DNA of 64,000 nt from Octopus vulgaris. Lineage: Eukaryota. A model generated the notes under the pieces. It was not told the origin of the DNA and did not search any database. It saw only the letters and a list, made by a program, of their open reading frames with translations. The stretch spans positions 21,142,001 to 21,206,000 of the forward strand of contig OX597815.1 of assembly GCA_951406725.2 (NCBI GenBank). The letters run 5' to 3'. Positions 1 through 14,480 of this stretch are shown in pieces; position 1 is the stretch's first letter, and each line of letters starts with the position of its first letter. The position numbers were made by a program, and so were the translations under genes.

Positions 1-128
1 GGAAAGGAAAGTGACGTCTTCCTTGTCCTACAGAGAGGCAAAAAGCGATAAGACGAATATTCTCTTGAGTTCCGCTTTATGTAGCTACCTTGGTGGCCTG
101 AATACTGTTTTTGTGGTCTGGATGTATG

Positions 129-189
<61 letters not shown>

Positions 190-200
190 TGGATTAACTT

Positions 201-231
<31 letters not shown>

Positions 232-338
232 GTTATATCACACGTTCGGATGACCTCTACTCAACTCCTCGATGTCTAGACTTCTCCCGCTATATCTACG
301 TATTGGGCTAGCCTACTTCATCGTCTGGGGGCGTTGAC

Positions 339-409
<71 letters not shown>

Positions 410-765
410 CATAACTCAAGAATTTATTTATCAATTTTACTTAGGAATTTAAAAGTTTATCAATTATTGTTTATGTTCTTATTTTCCAACATTGACCCTA
501 CATAGCTCAGTATCTTCGCTTGTGGGTTCGCTAGAGTGTCAAACAAAATACCTTGCCTTATTTTAGTTACCCCCTTTTATCTCCTTAGTGTTTACTAGTT
601 ATGTACTAGGGTCGATTTAATTTACTGTTTTTTCCGCTTTCAAACTGTATGGTTTTAATGTCTGATAGAAATTTATATGCTTCATAGATATTTAATATGA
701 ACAGAAATGTCTACTTCATAATTAACATTACTTTATTACCGTGTTTAAAAGTATTTGCCTAAAAT

Positions 766-834
<69 letters not shown>

Positions 835-2647
835 CTCTTTTACTGTTATTTTCAATTTAATCATACGATCTAACAAATTTTTCTTTCTTAAACTAGAAAC
901 CTCATATTCATGTTTGATAAAAGTCAGTTTGATACTTTTTGATGTCGGGTTTATAGTTTCTTATTTTTGTGTTAATCCTGCAAAAGTTGATTTTTCCTTT
1001 TATACCTACATATTCATAAAAGGAATACAAGTAAATACGTTGAATCATTCCAAACGATGATGATTGCTCTGAGGCAAAATTTGAAATTATTCCTATTTAA
1101 AAGGAAAAACTACGTTATTAAGTACAATCATTTTTACCTTTATTTTTGTTTGTTTGTTTGTTTGTTTCGTTAGATTTTCTTATCAAATTCTCCCATCTTT
1201 TTCATGTCCCTAAATATAAATATTGAGAATTTACTCTGTAATCTTTTTTTTTTTGCTCTGTATTCCTCTGAAAATTTCAAGCAAAATGAAAATATCTTTG
1301 TAATTGATCTTTAACCGCTAACCAAGTTGAATTACCAGAATCGATATATTAATATACTTCAAGAGTGGTCTTAGAAAACATTCAACAAAAAAATATATAA
1401 GAAAGACATAGCCGTAGGTGGTAATATATTCTATAACGGTCACCTGCAAAGTACTAATAGTTTAGTACCATGCAGAAATTTTCCTTATTCCTTAATAAAT
1501 GATTGATGAATTTTTTTAAACTTCAGTCATTGTAATGCGATAAACTATGTACAATTCATGTTGACTTTGGTGATTCAAACGCATTCACCTTTGCCTCATT
1601 AGTTAAACATCTAAACAATAACAAAAGGCTTCAAATAATTTTCTGTTTTGCAAGTTATCATCATTCTTTATGCCACTGAACAAAGCATAAATTTAATTCA
1701 TTTCATCAAAAGGACATCATGCTGAATAAAGCTAATTCCCAAACACCCTTCCTATGTTCTATTCCTTCTGAGATTGATAGTTAAATGTCTACTAAGATTC
1801 ACAGGTATAACTGTGGTTAAGAAGTTCGCTTCAAAACCACTTTCTTCTAGGTTCTGTTCTACAGTTCCATTGGGTTGACAAATATCATGTGAGTGTGGGA
1901 TTTATTAGACGAAAAGCGTGCAGAAGCCTATTGTGCATGTGTGTGGATATTGGTGTGTTTATGTTTACGAATGTAGAGCCGATATTGTATCAGAAAGCAT
2001 AACTTAGCTATTCGTTGAATTGAGATTAATAAGATAAGTACCTGACGGAAGTATTAGGGTTGCTACATGTTCGATTAAAAACCCTTGTATTTCCTAGTAA
2101 CATCAAACTCATCCTTCAGGCACGATAAGCTAGAAAATTGAAACAATTACAAAACGGCATTGACCACAGATTTCTCATTTGAATATATTTTTACAAGTTC
2201 CAATATTCTAATCTACAACTAATCTTACAATTGTTATATAGAACCAACTCCTTTTAACATTACAACCTATTTTAGCGAATCAATAATTCTCTGTTACCGT
2301 GTTTTTGTTTTTAATGAGACGCACTTAGCATTTGATATTTTGTTGAGGAACTAGTTCTCAATTTTTGCTTGCAATTATATATTGTGTTGTATCTTTTATG
2401 CCCATAGATTATTACATTACAACATATGAAAATTTTGCATTTTGTCAAAGTAAAAAAGAAAAATTTCATCGTGATCCTTACATGATCAACCACGCGATTG
2501 CATTATGACTCATAGGCTGGAAACTGCTATTATATAGTTTTGTTTGAACGATCTTTCGGTAGGTGTAGGAACTACAATTTAAACGAGATAAATAATTGTA
2601 TCGAATGTTGATCATTCAAAATACTTCGATATTATTATTTCTCTTAT

Positions 2648-2860
2648 GGCGAACTGGAAGGATCGTTAGCACGTCGGACAACATACTTTGCGGCATTTCT
2701 CCCAGTTTTACGTCCTGAGTCAGATTCCACCGAGGTTGACTTTACCATGCATCTTTTCGGAGTCGATAAAATACGTACCAATTGAATACTGGAGCCAATG
2801 TAATCGACTAATCCCATCCCTTAAAATTACTGGTCGTAGACCAAAATTTGAAACCGTTAT
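2648..2860 (+). mobile_element. Degenerate SINE-A2 copy
   Basis: Matches the SINE-A head and body (ggcgaactgg...gatcgttagcacg...gaggttgacttt...ttcggagtcgataaaat..gtacc) and the A2 tail (ccaaaatttgaaacc + att repeats). Confidence 0.75.
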
Positions 2861-3352
2861 TATATTTTACATTAATTTATATTATTAAATATCAGAGTCT
2901 TTCGTTCTACATCAAGTGCCAGTTCATTAAAACTACTTCTCTGTGTACAGTGAGTCTATCCATAACTAGGGCGTAAATGTTGGACAAACATCAAGTACAT
3001 GATACTTTAAGCAAGAAACGCTCTGCGAACAGTTGAAAACGCACATTATTGGTATACGTTTAGATTTTTCCTTCGTCAAATTAAAAATCTATGAATTACA
3101 GTTTATACCAATTTTAAATCTACGAATAATGATTTATATAATTATCAAATATGCAGATAACATCTACCACAATGAGTTCAACAATATATTTATATAAATA
3201 AACGAATCCACTATACTTTAATGCAAATATATGGTCGCAGAAATGTATATAAATTCAAAGAAAAATATAACTATATAAATAGGATTTGAATAACATTTTC
3301 ATAACTGCAGAAACACAATATTATTATGTAATGTGTATGTTTTTATTTCCAG

Positions 3353-3555
3353 ACGATATGGTACAAAATGTGCTGGGTGTGATAAAGGAATTCCACCTAC
3401 GCAAGTTGTGCGCAGGGCACAAGACTATGTATATCACTTGGAATGCTTCGCTTGCCTCATGTGCAATCGACAACTTAATACTGGGGATGAATTTTACCTT
3501 ATGGAAGACCGGAAGTTAGTTTGTAAAGGTGATTACGAAGCAGCAAAAGCAAGAG
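3353..3555 (+). CDS. Lhx3/4: LIM-homeobox protein Lhx3/4 (Lim3), internal exon encoding the LIM2 domain
   Basis: Translates [67 protein letters not shown], a complete LIM Cys/His pattern with Lhx3/4-type [11 protein letters not shown] and [10 protein letters not shown]. Acceptor is ttttatttccAG (3351-3352, phase 2) and donor is G|GTACGT (3556, phase 1). Confidence 0.96.
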
Positions 3556-3945
3556 GTACGTTAAATTCCCTTCATACCATTCGTTTTTATTGTTACGATT
3601 ACCAGTTTTAGAAATTCTGTAAATTGTGTCTGTCAAAGAAGCATGGAGAGCGATCGTTCCTTATTCAGATATTGTTGATATGTGGAGCAATTGGTGCAGA
3701 ACATTTGTTATTGTGTGCGGGACGGATCTGACTACCACTTGAGTTCCTTATAAAGATTTTTCCTATCGCTTTCATTTGGCAAAGAAGTTAGTCAGTGTTC
3801 TGTCTCGCAGCTATGGCCTAAGAAGTTGTGTGCTTGATACATTTGAAAAAGTTGAGGGCAGAATTTCAGACCAAGAATTTCTCTCGAACCAAGCTGTCAT
3901 CAATTTGTTTATAGATAGTGATTCCAACATATATGTGTGTGTGTG

Positions 3946-4014
<69 letters not shown>

Positions 4015-5075
4015 AGTAATTTTGTTTTACTTTTATGGTGTATTACTCTCTTTTCCTGCACTGTTTATTGTATGTGAATATTTCTACTTGTTTTATCATC
4101 GTTTTTTCTGTCAAGTGCATGGTATTTAAGTATTTGTTATTTTGTTCAACAAGGAAACCAGCTGCAGCAACAGCAGACCAGCTCTTGTAGCAGTAGTGAT
4201 AGCTGTAGTTGTTTGTTGTCGTTGTAGAGGAATCGTAGAATCAGGAGATACACAAAATAACTTTTCCTCGTTTCAGTACTTTTACCTGAGTTCAAATCCC
4301 ACCGAGGTCAAATTTCAACTATTTCAGAGGTCAATTTTAAAAAAAAGTAATAATCATTATAGTGGACTCTATATAATCGACTGATCCTCTCACTCTCCCC
4401 ATAATTTCTGGTTTTTGTGGTTATGTTTTAAGAATCAATATTTTAACAAACTCAGAAAAGTAACCGGGATTTGGACTCAGACCGCCTCATCACCGACCAT
4501 CATTGATCACTGATCTACACGAGCACATCTGAACTTTGGCTTAACAACAACAACAACAACTACAAGAACGACGACGGTGGCGGCGGGGATGAGGATGTTA
4601 TGATGTGTTTATGGAATCTAATAACTTCTGAAGACGCTGAACAAAACATGAGAATTCATCTCTCTTCACGACACATGCGTATATTAAATGTTGACATTTG
4701 CACGAGCTATAAGGCTGTAACACACGCACGCCTGCGACAACAAACACGTGCTCATTCGCTTATATACGCATACATATTATCACATACACATACACATTCA
4801 TATATGCACACGCATTCACATAAATACGATCATGCATGCATAGACATACATATACATTTTCACACATACACATATACTCTCGCATGCATACTTGCACATA
4901 CATATATACAGAAGCGCACACTTGCACATACATACATGCAGGCATATACATGCAATACTACTAATGTGCAGTCTTAAACGGTTGGCATCATGCACTGATA
5001 GTGTGTGACCGGTGATGATATGTTTGGGTCAATTGGGTTAATTGACTGTATAAACAACCTAGTCCCTAGCCCTTA

Positions 5076-5108
<33 letters not shown>

Positions 5109-5113
5109 GGGTG

Positions 5114-5150
<37 letters not shown>

Positions 5151-5871
5151 TACCACCATTACCATCGCTTCGACGACGACAACGATGATCATGTTGATCA
5201 TGGTAACGCTGAAGATGAACTTTATCATCATTTTCATCATCATCATCATCATAAATAACTGAGAATAATTTTGTGTAAAAGCTGTTATGGGACTGATATA
5301 GTTTAAAGATTACATATTTGCTATTTTTAAAAAATGTTTGCAATCCGTAAGCAAAAAGTACTTTATTTATTGATAAACCTCGACTTCAACATATTTTCAA
5401 ATTCTTGCAAATTTTTGTAATCCGCAAAAAAAATTACTTTATTTGTTAATAAACCGCGACTTGCACCCAGCACTGATTATGGTAAAAAGATAGTTCGGAA
5501 CTGCAGAAGACTTAGATGAGCTTTTAATTCAAAACGACACTATTTATGGCCACTGTTATATCTATTACCTCAGTAGGCATTATAATCGCCTAGTCAACAT
5601 TGCCGCCAGCAAGATATCAAGATTGTTGCCATGACAATCATCTTTGAGTTTGTGTTTGTCAACAATACCATCACAATGTTTAACTATGTCACCATGACAT
5701 TAGCATTGTCACCATAAACAGTTAACATTGAATCAGAGCGTTGAATCAATACTGTTAACTCTTCATTGCAGTCCACTAGACTTTAGTACACAGTGTTTAC
5801 TATATAACATAGTTAACACTGCGTGTATACATGCAAAATCATAGACACACATACCTATATATAAATGTATG

Positions 5872-5914
<43 letters not shown>

Positions 5915-5916
<2 letters not shown>

Positions 5917-6432
5917 CAATGACGTCGATACGAAGATAGCTAAAGGTATGGGGGTCCCTTTCATCCATCCCGCACGCATGCATTTTGGTGACTAATGTGA
6001 TCAATCCGTGATCGGCAAATCAGCCCACAGCTGAACTGTATGTGTTGTACTTGGTTCCACCCTGACACAGCCATTCCGCCTGGCTCTCCTCTACTCCCGG
6101 ATGGTTTGCCACAAATGCGCTGGTAGCTTGCTGGATGGTGCAGCGCCAAGCATTGCAGTCTGCAGCCTGAGTGGTCCACTGGTGGAGATCGATGTTACAA
6201 ACTTTCAGGGTCTGTGTTTTTTTTAGCATATCTTTATACTGCTTCTTGGGTGCGCCACTGTTTCGACAGCCAGAAGACAATTCTCCGTAGAGTAAAATCT
6301 TTGGTAGGGGGTGGTCTGCCATTCTGCAAACATGCTCCTCCCAGAGCAGCTGTGTCTTCATAAGAATGCCCTCGACACTCATGGTCTTATGTTAGGAACG
6401 TAGTCATTCCAGTGGATATTTAATATGATGCG
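5915..6432 (-). mobile_element. RTE-clade non-LTR retrotransposon, 5'-truncated 3' end with (CA)n tail
   Basis: The minus strand encodes SVEGILMKTQLLWEEHVCRMADHPLPKILLYGELSSGCRNSGAPKKQYKDMLK, matching the RTE C-terminal W.GHV.RM...RLPK.LLYGEL..G.R..G.P...YKD motif. It ends in a (CA)n tract. Confidence 0.85.
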
Positions 6433-6485
6433 TACTCATTATATAAGTAGAATGAAATATCTATATTCTAATGCAAACTATTATG

Positions 6486-6527
<42 letters not shown>

Positions 6528-6609
6528 TGTATATCATATTTTATATATAAATGCATATGTGTGTGTGTCTACGCGTGCAAGTGTGCATGTGTGCGTTTGG
6601 TTGATATCA

Positions 6610-7440
6610 TTTTTAATGCATTGTTGGTATGAGATGCAGCAAATGATATTATTTCATTTGTTTTGCAATTCCTATTTGCGTTAACCTTCAGTTCCTTCTC
6701 ATTCTTGAAATTAGTTTTTTGCTCAGTTCAATTAACTCACACGTCCCACTGAAGATCTCCACCCTTTTTATTTTCACTATTTTTTTCTTCTGATGTGAAT
6801 TTTATCTTTATCAAGAGCCTTTTAAGGTTTGGTGTCTTCAGCTGTTGATAATTTGAGATTCTTTTATCATTTTTCTGAGATTTGATGATTGGGGTATAAT
6901 ATGAAGGATTCGCTTGACTGAATATAAGATGATATGGTTTCTAGGATTAAGGATGACTACTACGGCAATTTTTGTTTTTGTTTTCGACTTTACCTTCATT
7001 GTGAGGGTTTCTCCACTAGACCGAGATTGAGATCTATTCCACCTTTCTTTTAAATATGATTAGAAATATCGATCAAAAGCAGTCCTAAATCGAACATAGA
7101 TATTTTCCTAAATATCACTAGTATTGCAAACGTTGGTGTAACTTTCATTCCCACTGCTGCCCCTTCTGTATGAAGGTAATATTTGTTATCGTAAAAGTGG
7201 CATAAATCGCAATCGTTCTATTATAAATTCTTACGAGAATCTCTCTTGACTTTTGTGTATTTGTCTATTCAGAATTCTACTGCTCCCAATCCTATTCCAT
7301 GGGAAATATTTGTGTATCATCAAAAGCAATCCGAATCGTCGATGTAATTATTAATTACTTTTTGGGGAACATGATTTAAGACACCTATATAATCCCTTAT
7401 AAAATTAAGAACCGATATCCTTAATAGATATTAACTATTA
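6610..7440 (-). mobile_element. Highly degraded Penelope-like element (RT and GIY-YIG linker remnants)
   Basis: Minus-strand remnants EGAAVGMKVTPTFAIL (cf. PLE G.AMG..AP.FANL) and KRLLIKIKFTSEE...GTCELIE...ELKVNANRNCKTN are recognisably homologous to the PLE piece at 51085-51577. Confidence 0.6.
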
Positions 7441-7481
<41 letters not shown>

Positions 7482-7819
7482 CTCCTCATAAAATAAGGTC
7501 ATCGACTGCATCTTCTGGATTTCAGCTACATAGAATTCTACATTATACTCTAAATTCTATGGTAGCCGGGTCCACTAGAGGACCCTTCTGTGATTGCCAC
7601 AAAATTCTATGAATCTATATATTGCACTACAACTTTATATATATATATTTCACCTATCCTCTTCTCTTCTAACAATCAGGTATTCCACAGTATACTGATT
7701 ACGTTAAAGAACCAATTTCTTACATATATTTAAACCTTCCATTCAAGCATTTCATTTGCGCATTGACAATTCTGAAGTTCGAAAGAAACACTACTAGTGC
7801 TTTCATCTGGACATTCTGG

Positions 7820-7886
<67 letters not shown>

Positions 7887-8420
7887 CCCAGATGTTCTAA
7901 AACAGTTATTAAAGTCAAAATTAGTGGGTCCCCAAAATGCTCGTTTTCAGTGCTCAATGTTTTCAGTTGGTTACTGTTGTCTAAAATGCTCCATTTCAAA
8001 GTGATCAGAAGTAGATTCCACTATATTCATAAACAATCTATATATGTGCACGCGCGCGCGCGTGTGTGTGTGTGTGCGTACGTGCGAATGTATGCGTGTT
8101 AGATCATGTTAAAACAGTAGTTGGTAATGAAATTTTAAAATTTTATCCGTCTAACAGTAAGTGAAGTTTTTCCTAAATCATATTGATGAACATGCCTCTA
8201 AGTCTATCCAATAGCTTACTTATGACTATCGTTTATAAGCGTCAACGCATTCTACATTAGTATTCGAGACTGAGTAGCATGAATTTCCTTTTTCAGTTCT
8301 ATGTATATGATGCTTAAATCTAAATCGAAGAGTTTTATTGCTCATATACTAAAATATACATTGTATGAAAGATATATAGAGGAATGTATTATGTCGCCCC
8401 AGGTCAGCACTTATCGAACA

Positions 8421-8607
8421 GATGGATGGATGGATGGATGGATGGATGGATGGATGGATGGATGGATGGATGGATGGATGGATGGATGGATGGATGGATG
8501 GATGGATAGATGGATGGATGGGTGGATGGATGGATGGATGGATGGATGGATGGATGGATGGATGGATGGATGGATGGATGGATGGATGGATGGATGGATG
8601 GATGGAT
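8421..8607. repeat. (GGAT)n microsatellite
   Basis: Near-perfect tetranucleotide tandem array. Confidence 0.98.
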
Positions 8608-9121
8608 TAGATAGTCAGATACTTTCAAGTGAAAGATAAAAGAGGGCGAAAGTAAAAGCGATAAAAGTTGTTGGAAGTTACAAATATCTTCCGAATAGTG
8701 TTTTTTTTTTTATGTACAAAAAAAAAACAAGAACAGAGGAAACACTGTATTTATGACAAACCAAACCAAAATTGACTCATTTGAATATCAGGACACATCA
8801 TAAAATAGAGTTTTGTAATTGGTTATTTATGATACAGTATGTCCTTGATCCAAACGTTCAATTCTCAATGGTGCAAATCGCCTCCTAAAGTGTGTCTCAG
8901 TCTAACTTCCTAAAACACTATATAACTAATAATATTTTTTCTACATTTGTCGTTTCTGTAGCTACTATGCAATAGCCTCAAATACTTTCTTCTACATATT
9001 CATTTGCTTGAGGGAAAGAGGGATAATATTTTTAGAGTTAGCTTCATTTTATCATTTAATTTACTATATGGCCTATTTGGAAAAGCTAAAATGAATAAGT
9101 CCTACTGTTTTGCTATTTGCA

Positions 9122-9152
<31 letters not shown>

Positions 9153-9769
9153 GTGTGTGCGTACGTATGTGTATATGTATTCACTATTTATGAACATAAC
9201 ATTTTTTTTACTTTGATTACATTTATAAATCCAGTCATAAATATCGACAAGCTTTCTTCTTTACTCTTACAATTACATTCATCTTGTTTCGTATCCAAGA
9301 CGTACTCTACACAATATCGATAACTCCTCCTCCAACACACTAGTTATGAACTTACTTTACTATTAGAAATTCTTCAGACTGTGACTCAAATAAATACCTA
9401 TAATAACCAAAGAATACTGTTTGAATACTCTGTCGGAAGAATTTCTAATTTGAGATATTTTGCATGTTTTTCTTACATGTACAATTTTGTAACTACTATT
9501 AGTAAATGGAGCACGTGTAATGATGAATAAATAATACCAAAAAATCTTTTCCTATTTCTTGTTTTGATATATAATTACTTTGCTAATACTAGTTTACACT
9601 ATATTTCCTCTCTGCAAATACTAACTTCAAGCATTTTTCCACTCTAATGCATGCTTCACACACTTATGATATCTACATACAATTTTGAAGTACTAGAACA
9701 TGCAGATGCGTAGGACACAGATTGGATTATAGCATTATCTATATACTATGTATATGTGCATGTGTGTTG

Positions 9770-9830
<61 letters not shown>

Positions 9831-9854
9831 CATCATCATTATTATTATTATTAA

Positions 9855-10530
9855 AGACTCTCGGATAGTCCCACAGTGGCTGGTATTTCTCACTCTTCTT
9901 TGTTGCCTTACATTTTAGCCTCGAATCGTCTGGTATTGCAACATCTATTGTCTTTGCTTCCTTTTCATCTTTGTGGATGATCGCGATATCTCGCACTTTA
10001 TGTTAAAATCCCAGAGTATTTTGTAATGTTCGTTTTCCATTATTCCCTCTGGCTTGTGTTCATACCATTGTTCGGCTCTCTTAAGGTTTGCTTTACCGCA
10101 CAACAGCCAGTGGACATATCTGGCCACATTGTCGTGTCTCCTTTTGCATTCGCGTTCTGCGAGCTTACAACACTCATTAACGATATGGTTTACACTTCCT
10201 CACATCTCAGGGCACATCCTACACTGTTACGAGTCAGTGCTTTTATCAATGTGATATTTGGAGAAGTTTGTTCTGAGAGCCTGTTCTTCAACGCTGCGCA
10301 CCAATGCCTCAGTGGGCACTTTTAAGTCTCCCTTCTGCAGCCATGCGAGGTTCCATTCCAATCAATCTCATCTCTATTCTTCAAGAACTGACTGTGCATT
10401 TTCTTGTCTTGCCAAATTTTCTTCATCTGCTCTCTCTCTGGCCTTTCTGAAATCACGCTGGATCTACAGCTTCGCTCACTTTTATGGTTCCCTGCATTTT
10501 CACTGCTTCAATCATTTCTTTTTTACTCCC

Positions 10531-10531
<1 letters not shown>
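9855..10531 (-). mobile_element. Dong/R4-clade (RLE) non-LTR retrotransposon fragment between (TAA)n tracts
   Basis: The minus strand shows WLQKGDLK..TEALVRSVEEQALRT, a CCHC knuckle (C..C..HIVNEC), RHDNVARYVHWLLC, KILWDFNI and DIAII...IDVAIP (RLE core). It is frameshifted. Confidence 0.88.
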
Positions 10532-10561
<30 letters not shown>

Positions 10562-10589
10562 GTTATTATTATTATTATTCAGTAGTTTT

Positions 10590-10763
10590 ATTTTTATAGC
10601 GTGCATTCACTTCACTACCGAGCGCAGCTCTGTGTGCCTTGGGTATGTGTTGTGATTTGTTGTGATGCTCTGATGGTTATTGTATGGAAAGTGTTCTGCG
10701 TAGGATGTGTGCAGTGCCTAGTAGTGCAATTTTCTGTATGTTATATGTGTTTGAAAGTCCTGG

Positions 10764-10765
<2 letters not shown>
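10590..10765 (-). mobile_element. Dong/R4 3' terminus (different subfamily) with (TAA)n on both sides
   Basis: The minus strand reads PGLSNTYNIQKIALLGTAHILRRTLSIQ*, the typical RLE-element C-terminus, followed by a short 3' UTR and a TAA tail. Confidence 0.8.
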
Positions 10766-10821
<56 letters not shown>

Positions 10822-10860
10822 GTTATTGTTATTATTATTATCATCATCATCATCATTATT

Positions 10861-11080
10861 AAGGCGGCGAGCTGCCAGAATCGTTATCAAGCCGAACAAA
10901 ATGCTTAGCGGCATTTCGTCCGTTATTACGTCCTGAACTCAAATTCCGCTGAGGTCGACTTTGCCTTTCATCCTTTCAGGGTCGATAAATTAGGTACCAA
11001 TGAAACACTGGAGTCGATGCAATCTACTAGTCCCCTCCTGCCAAATTTCAGGCCTTGTGCCTTTAGTAGAAAGGATTATA
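10861..11080 (+). mobile_element. SINE-A2 copy
   Basis: Head aaggcggcgagctg, body gaggtcgactttgcctttcatcctttc.gggtcgataaatt, tail caaatttcaggccttgtgcc...agaaaggatta. Confidence 0.88.
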
Positions 11081-11083
11081 ATA

Positions 11084-11195
11084 ATTATTATTTAAAACAA
11101 TTTGATTCGGCTCCATACGACTCAAAGTAGGTTTTTGTAAGTCTACAAAGCTTTACGTTGCATGGGGTCGAATCAAACTGTTTTAAATGATAATA
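11084..11195. repeat. ~110 bp hairpin / MITE-like inverted repeat
   Basis: attattatttaaaacaatttgattcggctccat pairs with atggggtcgaatcaaactgttttaaatgataat. Confidence 0.7.
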
Positions 11196-11241
11196 ACTCC
11201 TACTAAATGACTTGAGTTCCCTTTTCTTACGTTGTCCACTC

Positions 11242-11338
<97 letters not shown>

Positions 11339-13525
11339 TGTGTGTCTGTCTGTCTGTCTGTGTTGCATCTTACCTAAAATGCCGAGAAGTAGTCTCTTGG
11401 CTAAGAAGAGAGTGTAATTTCTCTTGATTTATCGAAATTACCATATGAGCGAAATTACAGATCGTATCCCGAAAGTAGGGGGACATACTTTACAATTCCC
11501 CTAAACGCAAAATCACATTACCTGATGTAATCGAAGCGCGAGGGGTTCTTGTTTATATATATATGTTAATACGCCTATTAACTTCATGCGTCGTATCGTT
11601 GTTACCCATTATTTTACGAATGACATTTGTGATATTTTTTCTGTAATATTGATTCCACGTTTTTATAAATGCAAACTACTGAAAATGTCAGTTTAGCCTG
11701 ATTTTAGTATAATTTTGAATAATGGATGTTCTGTGTTCAGTTGATAGGAATGTTTTCTGAACATCGAGAGTCATTGTAAAATACTTTATTTCCATGAAGG
11801 TGTTTCTGATACCGCCTGTGGTACTACAGAATCTTTCGTTTTGCGTGCCATGTTCAGGAAGGTAATTTGAGAAAGAATAGCATTTATTTATTAGATGTAT
11901 TTATTAGATGTATTCTATGTAGATCTATGATATTACTTCTTTATATACTTAATATATTTAATTATTTAACCCTTAAAATGTATTTGAATGAAATTTTTAT
12001 ACAGATTGGGTGACCGCATAAAGGCTTCTTCGGTAGTGCGCAATAGTTTTCTAGAATCTTAGAAATTGAAATAGAATTAATTATCTAAAGAGCATTGGTG
12101 TCCAGATAAGGCAAAATACTTTTTACTTGTAGTAATAGTGTTTTGATATACTAGCCTGCTCAAAACTTAAGGGATTAATTTGATATTAGATTACTCTCGA
12201 TAATGTAGGAGAGATAAGTTGACAAAAATATTGACATTTACCCTTAACTTGAAAAATATAGTTTTACATTGTTTTTATTATAACAAGAAGAATTAACCAA
12301 ACCTAATAAAACGAACGCTAAATGAAGTAAACACGACTGTGTCGCTCTTAAATTCTGCATATTTATCTCCCAATAAGCATTTTCATTCGGCAAATGTCTT
12401 ATGTATTTCGCTCAACTTCGTATATATACACTAGACGTAAAAGTTTTATCTTCTTTATCTATACTTAGATTATTCCAAAGAGCAAACTCAAAAAGGCGCG
12501 TTCGGAGTTGTCAAAGGAAATAATCGCCAGACGTACACCGAACACCTTTAGCTTGAAAATGTGTAAACAGGTTTTAAAACTAACCAAGGAAAATAAAACC
12601 GTATATTGTTGTTAGAATACTTTCTGATCTGTCTAATTACTCTTTAAACCAATCATATTCGATTGCACAAAATTCTATATTATCAGTCAAATATAAATAT
12701 GTATTTAATCTCAACAAGCAGAGAGTGGATTAAGAGCATCCGTGTAGCTTTCTTTGCAATCACGGGATTTGATCCTAATGAGAAAAATGCTTGCCTTCGA
12801 CCATCGGCCTTGATCTACAATGTCTTAGTTAAATTACATCAATGGAAGCTTGTAGGACGAATGGACTTTGCTCTTTTTAGGATATTATATGTAATCTGTC
12901 GTTCAGTTTAATACCAACTGGTTCTTGTATGCCTTTAGTGAACTTCATTGTGCTGCAAGATTCAAGCCAGATATCTGATGTATGGGTATCTAGATATTCT
13001 CTTTCCTCTGTCAATCTACGAGACCTACAATAGGTCAGTGATGCTGCCCCTCTTTCACTTGATCAAATCATAAAAAGTAAAAGAGTTACCTTCGACGCTC
13101 TAGCATCCTATCCAAGTAAATATTCAGTTCTCATTCTTATTAACGGTGTTAAGATGGGAGGCATACTCCAGCGCTGTGGGGATGTCGTGATTCATTAACG
13201 GATTAATTTTGTGTGATGTAAAACTTCACTCAAGATTAAAATTGCTCAATAGGAGGATTAGAGTATATGTTATTGATTTTCTAGGCTACTTATTTTTTGA
13301 CTTGTTATTTTGTCAGTGAATCAACTTTTGCATATTATAAATATTTATTTTATCGATCCCCTGAGAAATGGACGGGAAACATCTACTCCAGGTAGGAGTT
13401 TTAACTCATAAACGACTCGCATTGAATTACAACACATAAATCACGTTGATATTTGTAACTAGTTTCATCAGTCTTCAGTTCTTTACACATTCCGCTAAAA
13501 AAAAACTACACAAATGTGTGAGTAT

Positions 13526-13625
<100 letters not shown>

Positions 13626-13907
13626 GTTTCTTTATTGGCCACACAGGGCTGCACACAGATGGGACAAGTTACAAGGTAGAGCTTTTCTTTTGGGGGATGA
13701 AGAGAACAAAAAACAAAAGAAAAAAAAGGGGTGGCGTAGGTTTTCGATCAAGAGGGATCGTAAAAGGGAAGAAAAGAACAAAAACAAAAAAAAATTGAAT
13801 AAAATAAAAGGAATAAAAAGAAAAAAAGAAAAGGAAAAGGAACAAAAGGAAAGAGAAATGAAAAAAGAAGAAAAAGGGGAAAAAAAGGGAAGAGAAAAAA
13901 AAAGAAC

Positions 13908-13910
<3 letters not shown>
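13626..13910 (-). mobile_element. Retroelement 3' end (Tx1-like 3' UTR) embedded in (GATA)n
   Basis: The minus strand is T-rich and ends ...gtcccatctgtgtgcagccctgtgtggccaataaagaaac directly into (TATC)n. It is a paralog of 14481-14745. Confidence 0.65.
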
Positions 13911-13991
<81 letters not shown>

Positions 13992-13993
13992 TA

Positions 13994-14398
13994 GGCGCAG
14001 GAGTGGCTGTGTGGTAAGTAGCTTGCTAACCAACCACATGGTTCCGGGTTCAGTCCCACTGCGTGGCATCTTGGGCAAGTGTCTTCTACTATAGCCTCGG
14101 GCCGACCAATGCCTTGTGAGTGGATTTGGTAGACGGAAACTGAAAGAAGCCCGTCGTATATATGTATATATATATATGCGTGTGTGTGTTTGTGTGTCTG
14201 TGTTTGTACCCTAGCATTGCTTGACAACCGATGCCGGTGTGTTTATATCCCCGTTACTTAGCGGTTCGGCAAAAGAGACCGATAGAATAAGTACTGGGCT
14301 TACAAAAGAATAAGTCCCGGGGTCGAGTTGCTCGATTAAAGGCGGTGCTCCAGCATGGCCGCAGTCAAATGACTGAAACAAGTAAAAGAGTAAAAGAG
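13994..14398 (+). mobile_element. SINE-B, full length (tRNA-like head, CORE-like cttgggcaagtgtctt, internal TA/TG tract, stem-loop tail)
   Basis: A-box-like tggctgtgtggt and B-box-like ggttcagtccc are present. It is near-identical to the copy at 61410-61834. Confidence 0.92.

Positions 14399-14480
<82 letters not shown>

Noticed and set aside
13690-13920. Lys/Glu-rich ORF
   Set aside because: It is the antisense reading of a T-rich retroelement 3' UTR.
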